Shown piece after piece: positions 13,601-26,619 of a stretch of 64,000 bases of DNA. A program made the position numbers and the translations under genes. A model generated the notes under the pieces. It had not been told where the DNA came from. It saw nothing but the letters and a program-made list of their open reading frames with translations, and searched no databases. This DNA is from Pocillopora damicornis (taxonomy: Eukaryota): contig NW_020844271.1 in NCBI RefSeq assembly GCF_003704095.1, forward strand, positions 62,001 to 126,000. The letters are read 5' to 3'. Within the stretch, counting starts at the first letter, position 1. Every line of letters begins with the position of its first letter.

Positions 13601-16600
13601 ATGCAAGCTATGATTACTCTGAATACTTGGTTAGCTTATATGGTCAGGTTCTGTCTTGGAATTCATGTTTCTTCTTCTGAAACAAATAGAGACGATATTT
13701 ATTGTCTTTTCAATCTCCCTTCAGATAATGTGTCTTCACTATGAAGCTCTCTCACATTACTATGTTGCTGAGGGAATACTTAAAAGTGTGGGTAAGTACA
13801 TCAAAGGCTGCTAAGTTCTTTTTTTATAGTTTAATGTACTGGTAAATCTAAAGGTGACTCAACTTCAATAAGAGTTGAAAAGCAAATGTCAGACAATGTA
13901 CATGAATGTGCTTTCTCTTTTAAGTCATCAACAATAAACAAGAGGTGGCAGGAGTCCAAGTACAGAGGATAACCTTCAGTTAGAAATTCTGTGAATAGCT
14001 TACTGGTACTCCATGGTGCCAGTATTCCTTACTTCTCATGTTGTTGTGCATATTTCTGGATTACTTGTGTTTGGGTTTTTCAAACAAAGCTGTGATTAAA
14101 ATCCTAACTGATTCAATGTATTTTTTTTTAATAGAGAATCAGAGTGTCACTAAGAAGGACGAAGTTATTCTTTCATCGTTAGGCACATCTCAGGCTAACA
14201 GCAATGAAAACAAGAAAAAGCATGGTGAGTATATTTACATATTAGACTTCTTGCATCACTTGTAATGAGGTACTACATTGACAAAGTGTGGAGGGAAAAT
14301 TACAGGCTTAAGAGATTAGCTTGAGAACACTGCACACCCACCTCACATTCTTTCTCATCCCATTTTTCTTAAAGCTCTAGTTTTGTAAGCCAAGTCATTG
14401 TGAGTTAATTTTTTTGTATTTACAGTGATGATAGAGTTGGTGGGGGGATAAAGTGGCAGTGGGGGAGGGGGGGGTGAACAGGATCATAACAAAGTTTGAC
14501 CCTTTGCTGTTTGGATATGAGGAATTTTGGTTTATTTTGTCAATAATAAAATCAAATTTTTCCTGCAAGTGGTGTTCAGTTTAGAAAATGCAACTTACTT
14601 TAATTGAAAGTTGAAGTTTTCTTGTCTTTGCAGCCACTTACTGTTTCCAAATTTTGGTTCAATATTTACACCGTCTATTTTGTTTAAAGTAATATTATGA
14701 TGACTTAAAGGATAAGTTACCCTCTTATAATTAAAAACAATTAACATTTTTTTGTCATTTGTACACGCAATTATTATGGCATAAGATTTTGATGACCAAA
14801 AACATTCAATCCCTCCAAATGGAGTTGTAATCCTTCATTTATATTCATATTTGAATCACCCAAAACAGAACTGTAGTTCTCAATTCCTTACACCATTCAG
14901 TTTTAACAATCTTCAGGTATTCGCTCCATTCTTATCTAATAAAATACCACAACTTTTTCATTTGCTGTTTTTGGTTTGATGTTAAAAAGTTTTTGTTTCA
15001 CCTAGCCAAAGCTCATCTCCATTCTGCACTTAAATCACATGAGGAAGCCATGAAAACTAGGCAGATCTGTCGCCACTGTAGAAAAATAGCAGGTCTACAA
15101 AAGGTACATGTCATCTTTTTTTGAGAGAGCATAGTGATCAATTACCTATTATGAAATATTCAAATTCTTAAGCTAGTCTATAAGACCATTCATTGTATTG
15201 CAGGAGATTAAATAAACAGGTAATTTTATTGTGCATTTCTCAGGCTCTTCAAGATGCACGGATCAAAACCACAGAAACGTTAGTTGCTATGGAAGAAGAA
15301 GATGACTTTGATGACCCCCTAACACCAATCCCTGTTAAAGGTCAGCTTGGGAATCTTATAAATGTAATCCTTTTTACCCTGTTGATGTCTGAAAACCCCC
15401 AAATGCTCTGTAATGTTTTATTTCAATTGTGATACCACCTCTCTTACCAGAAAGGCATGTAGTTAATTTTTTAATATGCAGATACCTTAGTAATAGATGA
15501 AAAATGGGTTTCCTTTATTGAAAAACAATAAAGAATATTGGAAGTTGAAATGAAATGTTGTGGAAGAGTTCCCGGTTGTCCCAGTAAAATTAACTTAAAT
15601 TATGAAATTTGTGGACAATCTTACATAACGCAAGGAAAGTGAGCAAGAGACCACGCTTGTGGTAAAGTTTTACTGTAATGGAATATTGATTTGGCGACAT
15701 TCTCTATTAACCTTTTGACCCTTAAGAGTGACCTCTAAGTCCTCCTTTCAATATCATCCCTGAACCAAACATTAAGGTCACAAGAATAAATAAAAAGGTT
15801 AACCAACTTAAGAAGCTCTTGACTGTGAAACAAATTCTTCTTGTCAGAACCTTAGGAAATGTATAGAGAACTGTATGGAGAATATGCATATTGATGTTAG
15901 GGTGTATAAAGTTAAGATAACCAAACAAGAATCCATCTTTACCTTCTCTAGTGCCATTTCTTTTTTTTTTCTTTTTTTTTTTTTTTTTTTTGGTAGCAAA
16001 ATTTGGCATAAGTTATATCTTATAATATTTATGTATTTTTTTATTCCCTCAGCTTTAGCAAAATATAATGCAGCAAGTATTGCTCCTAATTTTAGCCAAG
16101 CATCTGTGGAAGACTTGTTTCATAGGCTGGTGAGATATTAACACTCCATATACATTTGTACCTTACTTAAGCACATTTTTATTCAATGTTCCAAAACCAA
16201 ACCAAGGTACAGAACTAAAATATAATGCAAAATAAGAGGAATTTTTTTTTCAAATTTCACATAGGGCTGGAGAATATGATGATATGTTTTGAAGTTGTTA
16301 TGAGATGAGGTCAATCAAAGAGAGAAACAAAACATTCAATTGAAAAGTTTTTCCTTTGCAATTTTAGTACTTTCTAGATAATTTTATTATATTTTAGGAA
16401 TTGATCAGTTAGAGAATGACCTGGTAAAACCTTTTTTAATGCTTCTAGGGTCCTGTGCATGTGTTTAATGCTAATTTAGAGTGGAGTGCACCAAAAAGTG
16501 TTGAACTAAAGAAAACTGATAAAGGATATGGCTTCAGTGTGATTGGCTCTGCTCCAGTTATTATTCAGAGTGTAGAGGAGCAAGGACCTGCTAAGGTTTG

Positions 16601-17453
16601 TTTATCTGTAATTCTTCTATCTGTAATTTTGTTGTTGTCTTTGTAGAAGTCTTTTCTGCTTCCTTTTAGCTAAGGGAGAGAAGCAAGAGCTATGAAGGAA
16701 TCCCATAAAGGCATAAGGAGGAGGGAGCTCCTTTCTTTAAAAAAGTAGGATCCCCTTTGCTCTTAATTTTTTTGTTTCCTTTAGCTTCATGGTTCTGCTG
16801 TTTAGCTAAAAGGAATAATATTAGACTGCTACACAGGTTGCAGAAGGCTTGTCTTCCATTTTATTCTCTGTACCTGTGTATTTAGGCATCATGCATATGT
16901 CAGATGATTATGATATGACTTGTGTCATAAATGAAATCAAAGAGGTGAATGAAACTTAACAAGAATTAAAAGTTAAACCTCTCAAGTGAAAATTTATTTT
17001 TTCATCCATTTGGGCTGAATTTTCACTGACATAAATGATGAGGTCCGTTAGTATTTTTGTAAACTTCCCTGTGCTCATTTTCAGGATGCTGGAATTCAAG
17101 CAGGAGACATAATCACAGCTGTAAATCTGACTGACTGTAAATGGGGTGATCATTCTTCTGTTGTGTCCTTAATTCGTAATACGGAGACTTGTGTCACACT
17201 TGAGACTGTAACACCCTCCTCTCTGCAGCACATTGCTTCATTGTACAATGTCAAGCTAACAAGGGATGATCAAGTGGTAACCAGTGACTATAGTGGCTCC
17301 ATAGGTAGTCACAGCTCAGGATCTTCCAGAAACAGTACGCTCAATGGGTTAAGCTCTCAAGAAAGCAGTAGCCCTCCTGGATCAACAAGATCTGATACTC
17401 CTGTTCGACACAGTGTGCTACTGGACATGGGCAATGAGTCAATTTTGTGGTAG
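4629..17453 (+). CDS. RHPN2: Rhophilin (HR1-BRO1-PDZ Rho effector), ~19 coding exons
   Basis: HR1 exons at ~5020-5153 (KLRDGAENLMKAL) and 6982-7110 (TELSFANSQLDLLKEELEGIN). BRO1 exons include IPLIAVGLRETKELDF (7526), FEK/ASVLFNIAAIWSQIG (9132/9303), AFQKAAG (10635) and LAQAQVC (12555). PDZ exons 16449-16595 (GYGFSVIGSAPVIIQSV) and 17085-17453. Start ATG is uncertain (4629, 4641 or 4665). Probably co-orthologous to RHPN1/RHPN2. Confidence 0.92.
5775..6100. mobile_element. MITE with internal GATAGTTGAT sub-repeats in both orientations and a 10-bp tandem array
   Basis: Imperfect terminal inverted repeats (GCCCTGTTCAAATGGTCATCATAGTTG / CAACTCTCATGACAGTTTGTATCAGG). Repeated AAACTATCATCAAC and its complement. 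(GTGCATRAAC)x4 at ~6008-6047. Confidence 0.6.
9377..10024. mobile_element. Decayed DNA-transposon MITE (TACCRTATTT... ends, internal AATAAGCACCC repeats) interrupted by a SINE
   Basis: Left end TACCATATTTCTTGGAATA and right end TATTCAAGGAAAAATGGAA are imperfect inverted repeats. ATAAGYRCCC motifs occur on both sides of the SINE. Confidence 0.55.
9563..9861 (+). mobile_element. Full-length tRNA-derived SINE with target-site duplication
   Basis: A-box TGGCCTCATGG, B-box GGTTCGAGCCC, CORE-like middle (CTTAGGCAAGACACTTTACTCTC...AAATGGG) and (TTTAC)n tail. 13-bp TSD TTATTCATACAGT (9550-9562) / TTATTCATGCAGT (9862-9874). Confidence 0.85.
11111..11650 (-). repeat. Tandem ~250-bp units each carrying a degenerate tRNA-like sequence
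   Basis: Units start at 11111, 11366 and 11616 (third is partial). Minus strand reads GGCTTGTTGGCTCAGTTGGTAGAACACTGCACTGGTATTGCAAAGGCCATGGATTCATATCCCATACAGGCC followed by a T run. Confidence 0.75.
13440..13575. repeat. Interspersed repeat copy (TTGGTTG...GTGGY...TTTTCTRGACCAATCATAGAG)
   Basis: Clear similarity to 17710-17835. Confidence 0.6.
15707..15915. mobile_element. TTAA-flanked MITE (piggyBac-like, subfamily B)
   Basis: TTAACCTTTTGACCCTTAAGAGTGACC ... TTAGGGTGTATAAAGTTAA. Homologous to 31772-31977. Confidence 0.7.
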
Positions 17454-17544
17454 TTGACTGGAAATAAAACCAACTGGCAATACTGTGGCACATGCCCTTT
17501 GCTTCAGCTCAGAAAGTGCAATCATCTGAGCCTGATTTCAATCA

Positions 17545-17840
17545 TTCTAGAGCAAGTGCTTTTCAACTGAATGTTGTAAGACCAAAATAAAAACCAAAAC
17601 TGAAGTAATCTTAACAGCCAATCAGAACAAAGAAAAATATCACAAGAAGCTACTGAGAACTCAGAGGGAAAACAAGGAAGCTCCTTTTCGAAAGTAATTC
17701 AGAATACAAAGTGGCCACTTGTTGTAGTTTTGCATCTGATTGGCTGAGGGTGGCATGTTTTCTAGACCAATCATAGAGGGTAGTGGAACAAAAGCAATGT
17801 GATCTGGGATTTTCTTCAACATTCAATTGAAATTTACTCT
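17545..17840. repeat. Interspersed repeat in the rhophilin 3' UTR
   Basis: Same family as ~13440-13575. Contains inverted CCAATCAG / CTGATTGG arms. Confidence 0.55.
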
Positions 17841-19837
17841 GACATGAATTTTCATAGTGTATAGTGACTGTTTAGTAACAGTGTGATTATTTTTCTAAAA
17901 TGTGCTTCAACATGTATGCAATGGGGGTTGGGAAGCAAGTCAGTGGTGAAATGCTTCAAGTATTGGACTCCTATGTCTGGGGTCAGGTGTGATTGCTGGA
18001 ATTGTCATTATCAATGGGCTAACTATGTGCTTGATCCTGGCCCATGCTTTGAGTTTTTCTTTGAGGGAGCTCACCAATTTTTCCTATCTACGAGAGAAAT
18101 CCTCAAAATCCAATTTGATCAGAAATGGTGGATAAAGAGCCAAAGGCAAAAAACGCTGCTATTTAATCTGGTTATTTTATTATATATTATTTATTTATCT
18201 TGTTAATGTGGGATATCAAACAATTCAACTAATTAGTGAGGGAAATAAGCTGGACAGTGGCTTGTTAAAGACCAGGCTTGGCCTCTGAGGACATTTATAG
18301 ATTTCATGTAGTGTGTCTTTAATTGTGGGGCAAAGGTTTAGGTTGACTAGGAGGGAAGACACAAGGTTAGCACATGACAGCATGGACACTCCTTTTTGTC
18401 CATACCATCCTTATGTTCTTCTTCATGGAATTGGTGCTCATTTGACATTAATGGAAAAATCTTACAACATGTAGTCTTTGTCGAAGCCCACATCTATGAA
18501 GGAAGGGTCTTCTTCAGAACTCTTTCTTTGTCTGGTTGGTTTTTTTGCTTCTTTGCTTTGCTATCATAGTTATTTTTGGAAAAAATTATTTTATAAATCA
18601 TATTGTTTTCAACAAACATAAGATAAGTCATTTAACAAGAATTGCTCTCTTTTTGAAGGATATTATTTGAAATTGGTTTGCTTCAATCGTGGATTGCAAA
18701 ATAAATATTTTGTCTTTGTTAAAATATAGATATTTATCACAGATAATCTATAATATTTTTATATAAAACTTGTATTAATCGTGAAGTGTTAAAACATTAT
18801 GAACGTAAATAAATATTCTTGGTCCAAAGGAATTTAACAGTTAACTGTATTGAGCCAATATTTACGAAGATTCAGTAATTATTCATTCTCTTTTCCTTGG
18901 TGTTTGCTTCTCTCAACCTTCGTTGACAAGAGAGAGAGTCCTGAGGCTTCTTTGGCATAAAGATAAGTAAAACTCAAATGTTACAAGCCTGGCACTCAAA
19001 TATATTCTGTTTGTCCCAGGTTTTCAGGGTCTTGCATTGTTTGTTTAAAAATGTCAAGCAACTCATAAATTATGTAGTGGTGTTCTTTTTTTGAAATACC
19101 TTAACTTGGTTTCTATAAAATTGCCATGTTCTCCCCTTTAGCTAAAAGATTTGGATCTCCAGCTTATGTTTGCGATCATAATTACAATCAATGAATTGAA
19201 AATATCAAGTGTGGATAAAGTTAGGCTATTACATGGACATTCAATGGAGAGTAATTTTTTTTTTTTATAAAAATCCTGTTGCCAACACTTAAAAAACACA
19301 TTTGTGTCTCTGCTGATACAAAAAAAATGGAGTATCTTGCACAAGTTTCAGAAATTAGACCTGGATAAAGTAGTTGATATTAATTTCTTGGCCTGTTCAT
19401 ATGAAGTATTTAATTCAAAGAATTATGGATTTTAAAATCTGAAAGGGGTGAAGTTTTTTTTTTAATATACCCTTGAAAACAAAGCTATGAATGAGAGATC
19501 TGCCAGATACACAGAGTGTAAATGAAACAATTTGCACAACAGGAGTTATCTTCAAGTAGCTTTTAGAGGCATCTTGGAATATGAAAGTCATTAAGACCAC
19601 AGGCCATGTAAACAAAATGCTATGCAATTTAGATTGACCATATAGATAAAACTGAAGGAGTCTTCTTTATTCAATATATTTCAAAAAATGCGCAAGTTCT
19701 TCAGAAATATATTTGAAAGGAAATTTTCATGAGGAGTTGAACTATTTGTACATATTGATTGTTCCTTTCTTTTGATCCATTAAAGGGCAACAAATAGATG
19801 CAATCACTATAACTGAGAAAAATGTTTGCTTTATTAT

Positions 19838-20760
19838 GTAAAACAAATAGATTCCAAGTAGTGTTTCTTTTCAGTAACAGATCAGAGAAGACATCAAAAT
19901 GTGGTGAGAACATCAGTAACACATGGCTGTGCCTTATGTACAACTTTTTTGTTTTTATCACATTTTCACATCATCTGTGATCTATTACTGAACACATGCT
20001 CAGCAACATGGAATCAGTTTGTTAAATTTACAGCTTTATTCATACTAACTAACTCAAAGAGTTGTAAAACATGATCACCAATAGTAGAGAGTATATAGCT
20101 TTGAACAAAGATAAGTACACTTTGAACACCTCTTTATGATGTTATTTATGTCAGACTACTACTAAGATATAAGCTGTCAAACCAGCTATCTACGAGAAAT
20201 TATATTGTAGGCTTTATTAAACACACTCTTTGATTGGTTCTTACTTAGACAACAACACCTTTGACAACTTTTTGTCTCTTTACTATGGAAAACAAATAGA
20301 TTCCGTGTTGCTGAGCATCTGTTAAGTAATTAATCAGCAAAGATGCTAAATTGTGTTTACCCTTAAACTCATGAGTGACCAAGAGGACAAGTGTTGAGAA
20401 TAAAGAAAAATATCAATTAGGGGATTATAAGTTGATTCCATCCCAAATTCTCCAAACTAACATCACAAGAACTGTATGGCAGACAGTAAGAAGAATTACT
20501 AATGAGATCTTGAGAGTTAAAGGGTTAAGAACATCAATGCCACTCAGCTGTGCCTTATGTGCCACTTTTTTTTTTACCTCATTTTTACATCATGTGATTT
20601 ATTACTGAACACACGTGTCCACAAGGAACCTATTTGTTAAATAGACAGCTTTATTCATACCAACTAACTCAAAGAATTTTAAAACATGATTGACAAAAGT
20701 AAAAGTATATAGCTGTGAACAAATACAAAGTAACACCACTGTGAGCACTTTGAACCCCTT
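19838..20760. repeat. Tandem duplication of a palindromic MITE plus flank; second copy interrupted by a TTAA MITE (~20356-20528)
   Basis: AAACAAATAGATTCC ... GGAA(T/C)C...TTTGTTAAAT followed by ACAGCTTTATTCATACYAACTAACTCAAAGA occurs at ~19841-20130 and ~20291-20760. Confidence 0.75.
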
Positions 20761-20778
20761 ATCATGGTGTCATGTGTT

Positions 20779-21150
20779 GATCAATTTGATACGTCAACAT
20801 GCCCCCTTTCAGGCAACCCCCCGGAATTTGAACTTTTAAAGATTTGTTGTTTCAATAACCTGACTCCTAGGGCCAAAATTGTATTCAAAAGCTCTGAATT
20901 GGGTCTTAAATTTTTGTAAAATCTTGTAGACTTTTTCTTATGAACCATCTACTTGCTAGAGTAAACTTTTAACTTTAAATTATACCTCCATTTAAAGATA
21001 AAACACGGTTATTCTGCTGAAGAGAATTGACAGTTTCAGTTCAGATTCCCCACCCAGGCCAGGCAAGGTTCAAAATTCCCCACTCTGCTCTCACAGACAA
21101 CATGTGGGTTGCCCAGGGGGGGGGGGGATGTTGAAGCTTCAAATTGATCT
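20779..21150. mobile_element. MITE with GATCAATTTGA...CAACATSCCCCC terminal inverted repeats
   Basis: GATCAATTTGATACGTCAACATGCCCCC at the left and GGGGGATGTTGAAGCTTCAAATTGATC at the right. Related copy at ~25697-25965. Confidence 0.65.
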
Positions 21151-21253
21151 GTGCATTATTTATGTCAAAATAATAATGAGAGAAAATTACAAAAAATATC
21201 CGGGTAATCAAAGGTATCATACCATATACTCTGCCATAAGCTATAATATGAAG

Positions 21254-21735
21254 TTATTGTGATAGATCTTGATGCCCTACTCGTGCAACAGCAACATAAA
21301 ACTTCGTCTTGTCATTAATGTCATGCCAGCCTATTGGTCCACACTCACAATCGGCACAGGCTAAATATTTGATTGAATCCACAGTCATTGAAAAGCCAAC
21401 ATTTTCGAACGTAAACATATCTGATACCATCCAATGTTCTTGAAGGATTTCACCTTGATGTTCTTCAGCGCCAGCAAAGTCCTTCTTTTTCTGCATGAAA
21501 GGTAAGAATAGCTGTATAAAGAGAAATTAAACTGGTCGTTTGATCATGAATTGTAACTAACATAAATTCGATCGATTGCAGGGTTCAGTTTTAATTAAAC
21601 ACGGAATTATGAACTTCGAAGATTTAGTACCTCTCTTTGTTCGTGACTGGCCGCGCAAGGTCGCAGAACTTTTGATCCACACAACTTACAGACTACCCAT
21701 TTCTTGTTCTTTCCATTCTCAATAATATCATCCAT
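21254..21735 (-). CDS. RABIF: Guanine nucleotide exchange factor / Rab chaperone MSS4, 2 exons
   Basis: Exon 21735-21631 gives MDDIIENGKNKKWVVCKLCGSKVLRP... and exon 21511-21254 gives LFLPFMQKK...HWMVSDMFTFENVGFS...KYLACADCECGPIGW...FYVAVARV. Two CxxC Zn motifs and the FENVGF signature are present. Confidence 0.96.
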
Positions 21736-22451
21736 CGTCCTCTTTCAATGCTAAAAACTGGTTTCTTTCTTCCTATGTCTAAATGACTCAAGATCAGTAC
21801 GAAAGGTCAGGGTCGAAAACTGCCAGGCGGATGACAGCGCGTGCAGATAAGCGAAGAGGGGCTGGAACCAATTTATGGTCAATTAAATTTTGTGAGGAGG
21901 AATGGTCCTGGGGACGAGGGTTTTAACAAAAAGTCGGGTTCAATAGATAACGAAAACATTCTAAAATCTATTTCATTCTTTATGAAAACCAGGTATAATT
22001 AATTTTGGAAGCTGCTCTATTATCAATCTTTGCGAGATTTCTTTCTGATTCGCTGCAGTGCAAGTTTTATCACAAGGTAACGTCTCAAGAATTCCCGGCG
22101 AGGTCTTTGAAACTTTAAGCGTAATTTTTGGATTACACTAGATATATTTTATTGAACACCAGCCTGTCTTACAAAATTATCCATTAAATTTAAAAAAAAA
22201 TCCTTTATAAGAGGCGAAGCGGATAGCATTACGTAATTCCTATAATTAGTTCATCCTGGGTTGCTTAGTCACTGTTCCAGTGGTCACATAACAGCCTGTG
22301 TATGACGCATTTCTCAAGAAGAACCAATCACAAGACCGCTTTTCTGCGTCATCCACATTGAGGAGATGTCAAAGCTGGTAGACTATAATAGTTGAGTTGC
22401 AACATTTTACGTGACTAGTATTTCTCAGAGGTGCTGTAAGTAATCAGGAAA

Positions 22452-25411
22452 ATGGCATCAGCTATAACGGAAGACGTCCGAGCAAACAATGATCGAAGGT
22501 ACTGATAAGTTGCGTTTATTTATGAATCTGTAAAATAAAGATTTTCTTTCTACAACCTCTTTGTTTACATTTTGTAGTGTGGTTGCATCATCAGTGGAAC
22601 ACGAGAGATCAAGGTGCTGGTTTCAGAGAAGATGTTCATGGCGACCAACCTCTAAAAGTTTGCTGGAAGCAGCAGAAGCGAGAATTTGGAAATGTAAGTT
22701 TTCGAGGTTTTGATTCGCTCATAAGCAATAGTTATTCAAAACTAACCAGATATAGTAAAATGTTAGCAGTGCTCCTTGTCAGTTCCCGACGAGGGGTTCA
22801 TCAAATTGTCCAACAGTAATCAGGTTCAGGCTCAACAGTGCCTGTGATGAGGGCTATCTTGAGTTTCGGGTTTTATGGAAAAACTCATGAGGATGGCATT
22901 AGAGGGTGACATTCTTCAAATTTTCTCCTGGTCAATAGGCCAATGCGTCTTCTCGATCGTGCAAAAAATAAAATAAAATAAAATAAAAACACGAACAAAA
23001 CGCAACGAAATAAAACAAAAAAAACTGAAATGTGGCAAAAGGTGAGGTGAGATCAGCCCCATTGACCAGGTTCATTTGAGGAGATCTTTGGAGCGATGTG
23101 CTCATCATTTTAGATGTCGACACCATTTGACAAGGTTGATCAAATTAATGAATAAATATTTCGCACAACAGCGATTTTTGATTGACAACAGTAACCAAAA
23201 AATATTTATCATGATCTATACACTATATTTTTTTGGTAATGAAAAAATAAATTGCTATAGCCTTAAGTCATCTAAGTTAACATTATTTAACCATATGATT
23301 TTGTATCCATACAGTTGTCAAGTCTCGTTATGAGGGCAAGCATGTGCCAGTGGAAAACAATGAAAGGATATGGACCTTAAAGTTTAATCCTAATGCAACT
23401 AAAGTACCACTGGTGATGATTCACGGCTTTGGAGGAGGTGCTGGCCTGTGGGCACTGAACATTGATGCCTTAGCAAAACATAGGACAGTGTATGCAATTG
23501 ATCTGTTAGGATTTGGCCGCAGCTCACGACCACAGCTGAGTGGAGACCCGCAAGAAGCTGAAGAACAATTTGTTACGTCTATTGAACAATGGCGGCAGGA
23601 AATTGGGTTGGAAAAGTTTGTTCTCCTTGGGCACAGCTTTGGCGGCTTTCTGGCAAGTTCATATACATTAAAACATCCTTCCAGAGTTCAGCATCTTATC
23701 TTAGCAGACTCTTGGGGCTTTTCAGAGAAACCAGCAGAATTACAGTACAATATTCCAACATGGGTGAAGGTTGTGGCAACTCTTATCCGCCCATTTAATC
23801 CGCTGGCAGGACTGCGAGCTGCAGGCCCGTGGGGTAAGTTTGAAAAATTTAACCCTTTTATTCCCACAATCTCATTAATAATTTTTTTTACCGTCTGCCA
23901 TACAATTCTTATGATGCTAGTTCAGAGAAATTGGTATTAGATCAACTAATAATCTCCTGATTCATATTTTTTTTATTCTCATCACTTGTTTGCTGGATAT
24001 TTTAAAGAGAAATTCTCTCTTGGTCACTCATGGGAGTTGAAGGGTTAAATTTTTTCTTATTGGTTACACATTTTATTATTACAAAAAAAATAATGGAAAG
24101 TGGGGGGAGGGTTGGGAGTGGGGAAAACTTCATTATTCATATACCTCCTGTAGGGTTTTTTTCAGTTTCAATCCCTCCAATTCAGAACTTTAATTTAGCT
24201 TCTTTCTACCCTTAAAACTTTATGGTATGATTTTTAGCAACCCATCTCAATTAGGAATTTCTTTTATATTAACAAAATCAATTTAATTGAAATGCTCTTG
24301 TCAGCAGAGTTCCCTTAAAATAACTGATTGCTTAAAATTGATTCTGAAAGTTACGATAATGTAATGGGTTTGAATTGTTTGAAATGTCATAGGTGGAAGT
24401 AGGAGTTTATTTGATTATAACATGTCTGGCCATAATAAAAATAAATGATACTACACACAAAAAATAGATTTAAAGTGATATGCAAGTTTTTTTTGTCTTG
24501 TAGGACCATCACTGGTGCAGAAATTTAGGCCTGACCTTCAAGGGAAATTTGCTAGTCTTCTAGAAGATGACACCATTTTCAACTACATTTACCACTGCAA
24601 TGCTCAGAAACCAAGGTAAAAAAAAAGAATGGAATAATCAATTATGAAATGTAGCAAATGCCCTTCTCCTCCATTGAGCCCACTTCTCTAATGAGCCCCT
24701 CCCCCCTATAAACTCTCCTATCAAATTAGCCCCTCTCTCTAACCACCCTTCCCTTAAATACACCCTCCTCTCAAGTGCACCTCCCCAAAAAGTCTCCCTC
24801 TCCAAAAATCCCCTTTTCCAAATAGTGCTCCATTAGGAAGGTCCTGAAATAAATAAGCTCCACAGGCCCAGAGAGGTTTACAAGTGTCTTAACAAATGAT
24901 AGTAAAATAAATAAATAATGGGATTTAGCAGAGGACATTCCATGAGGTGGCTCTTCTTGTCCGTTGTTTCCAGGTCAAATTAGAATTTATAATGCTAGTT
25001 TTTTTGTTTCTTTTTCAGTATGAGGAAATAAGTTTGTAAAAGTTGTCTCAGACAACAGGGCTGATTTTTATCTAAGTTAATATTGTTTAATTCTTTTCTT
25101 TTTTGTGTTGCAGTGGTGAAACAGCTTTCAAGAAGATGTCAGAGTTGTATGGCTGGGCAAAATTCCCCATGATTCACAGAATTGGTGAATTGGACAAAAA
25201 TATTCCAATGACAATGATCCATGGCTCAGAGTCTTGGATTGATTGTTCACCCAGCTATCAAATTAAAAATAGTCGCAGTGGTTATGTTGATGTACAAGTG
25301 ATTGTTGATGCTGGACACCATGTTTATGCAGATCAGCCAGAGGCATTTAACGTGGCTGTAAATAAAATTTGTCGCAAAGAGGATAAACTACTTTATGTGA
25401 CCATTGACTGA
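22452..25411 (+). CDS. ABHD4: ABHD4/ABHD5-family alpha/beta hydrolase, paralog 1 (5 exons)
   Basis: Exons 22452-22498, 22578-22693, 23315-23833, 24504-24615 and 25114-25411. Motifs [28 protein letters not shown] (nucleophile Ser present), [13 protein letters not shown] and HHVYAD (HX4D). Confidence 0.93.
23849..24048. mobile_element. TTAA-flanked MITE (piggyBac-like) 15 nt downstream of a splice donor
   Basis: TTAACCCTTTTATTCCCA ... TGGGAGTTGAAGGGTTAA. Reverse-orientation homolog of 1868-2078. Confidence 0.75.
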
Positions 25412-25696
25412 ACTAAAACTCGCAGCTTTTAAGCATGTAAAGAAATAGGGACATTATTGAGGTATCAGTTTATATATCTTTACTGATTGAACAATAATCA
25501 GGTCATTTCTATTTCAAGCTGACTTGATCAGTGTTGAATTTTTTGTGTCTAAAAACATAACACTAAGGTAAGCTTAGAAACATATCTATTGATCTTATTT
25601 TGACATTCATTCATTCCAATCTATTGGCTGGAAAATCATTGGATATTCTAAGGGGAATGAGGGTTTAAAAAACCAAACATTTAAAACTATTGCAAC

Positions 25697-25965
25697 AATC
25701 AATTTGAAGCTTCAACATCCCCCTCCTCCCCCCCATGCACCCCATGAGCATTTGTCTGTTATCTGGGCCTGTAGGGTGGGGAATTCAGACCTTACCAGGC
25801 TGGGGTGGGTAATTTGAACTGGAAGTGTCAAGTCTTTCTAGTGAGAATACAAGTGTTTTATTGTAAATATGGTGAAGTTTAAAGGTAAAGAGCTGACTTC
25901 TTCAAATGTTCCAATGACTAGGGGGGCTGCCACAGAAAGGAGATGTTAAAGCTTTGAAGTGATTG
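25697..25965. mobile_element. MITE related to 20779-21150
   Basis: Begins AATCAATTTGAAGCTTCAACATCCCCC, the reverse complement of the 21121-21149 end. Ends GATGTTAAAGCTTTGAAGTGATTG. Confidence 0.6.
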
Positions 25966-26619
25966 ATGCTTAAGCAGCTAACAAAATGATGGAATTTCCA
26001 AAGGTTTTGGGCTGGGGGGGGGGGGGGGGGGGGGGGGGGAGGAGGATTGAAACCAACAGCCAAATTGTGCATCATATTTATGTATGTATTAGGATACATT
26101 TCTTTTACTTCTGCGAAGTTGTTTTCTTCATTTCCCTGCAAATGTATGTCTAGACTCCCACTATTCATTTTAAACTATCCACATTATCGTTTAACTTGTA
26201 ACATAACACGAATACTATAAAAAATGGTTCATAGAACCCTTGTATTTAAAATATTTATAGTATGTTGTTTTCAAAAAGTTATACTTCACTCACAAATCAC
26301 CAACAGATTTTGAGTTGTTTAATTATATACAATTATTTACATAGAAAATAATCAGAAATATAATCAATAAAATTTTTTAACACATTTCAGACGTTATTTT
26401 TGTAATTTGATATTTCTCTCCATCATCTTGGTGCAAGCATTGTTCTTCACTAGATTCACTGGTCTTTTGCAATCTCCTTAGATGTGGAAACTGAGATCCC
26501 TCCAAATTACATCGTAATAAAACAATTGTGATTTAAAATTGGAACGAGAATGCTTATAAAATCTGGTCAGTCTGGAAAAAAAATTAGTTAGGTGACAGAA
26601 AAACGTAACAGGTACATAT

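Noticed and set aside
26014-26045. Poly-G run as a G-quadruplex or poly-Pro ORF (25902-26168)
   Set aside because: Homopolymer in repeat-derived intergenic DNA. Its length is unreliable and there is no supporting evidence.
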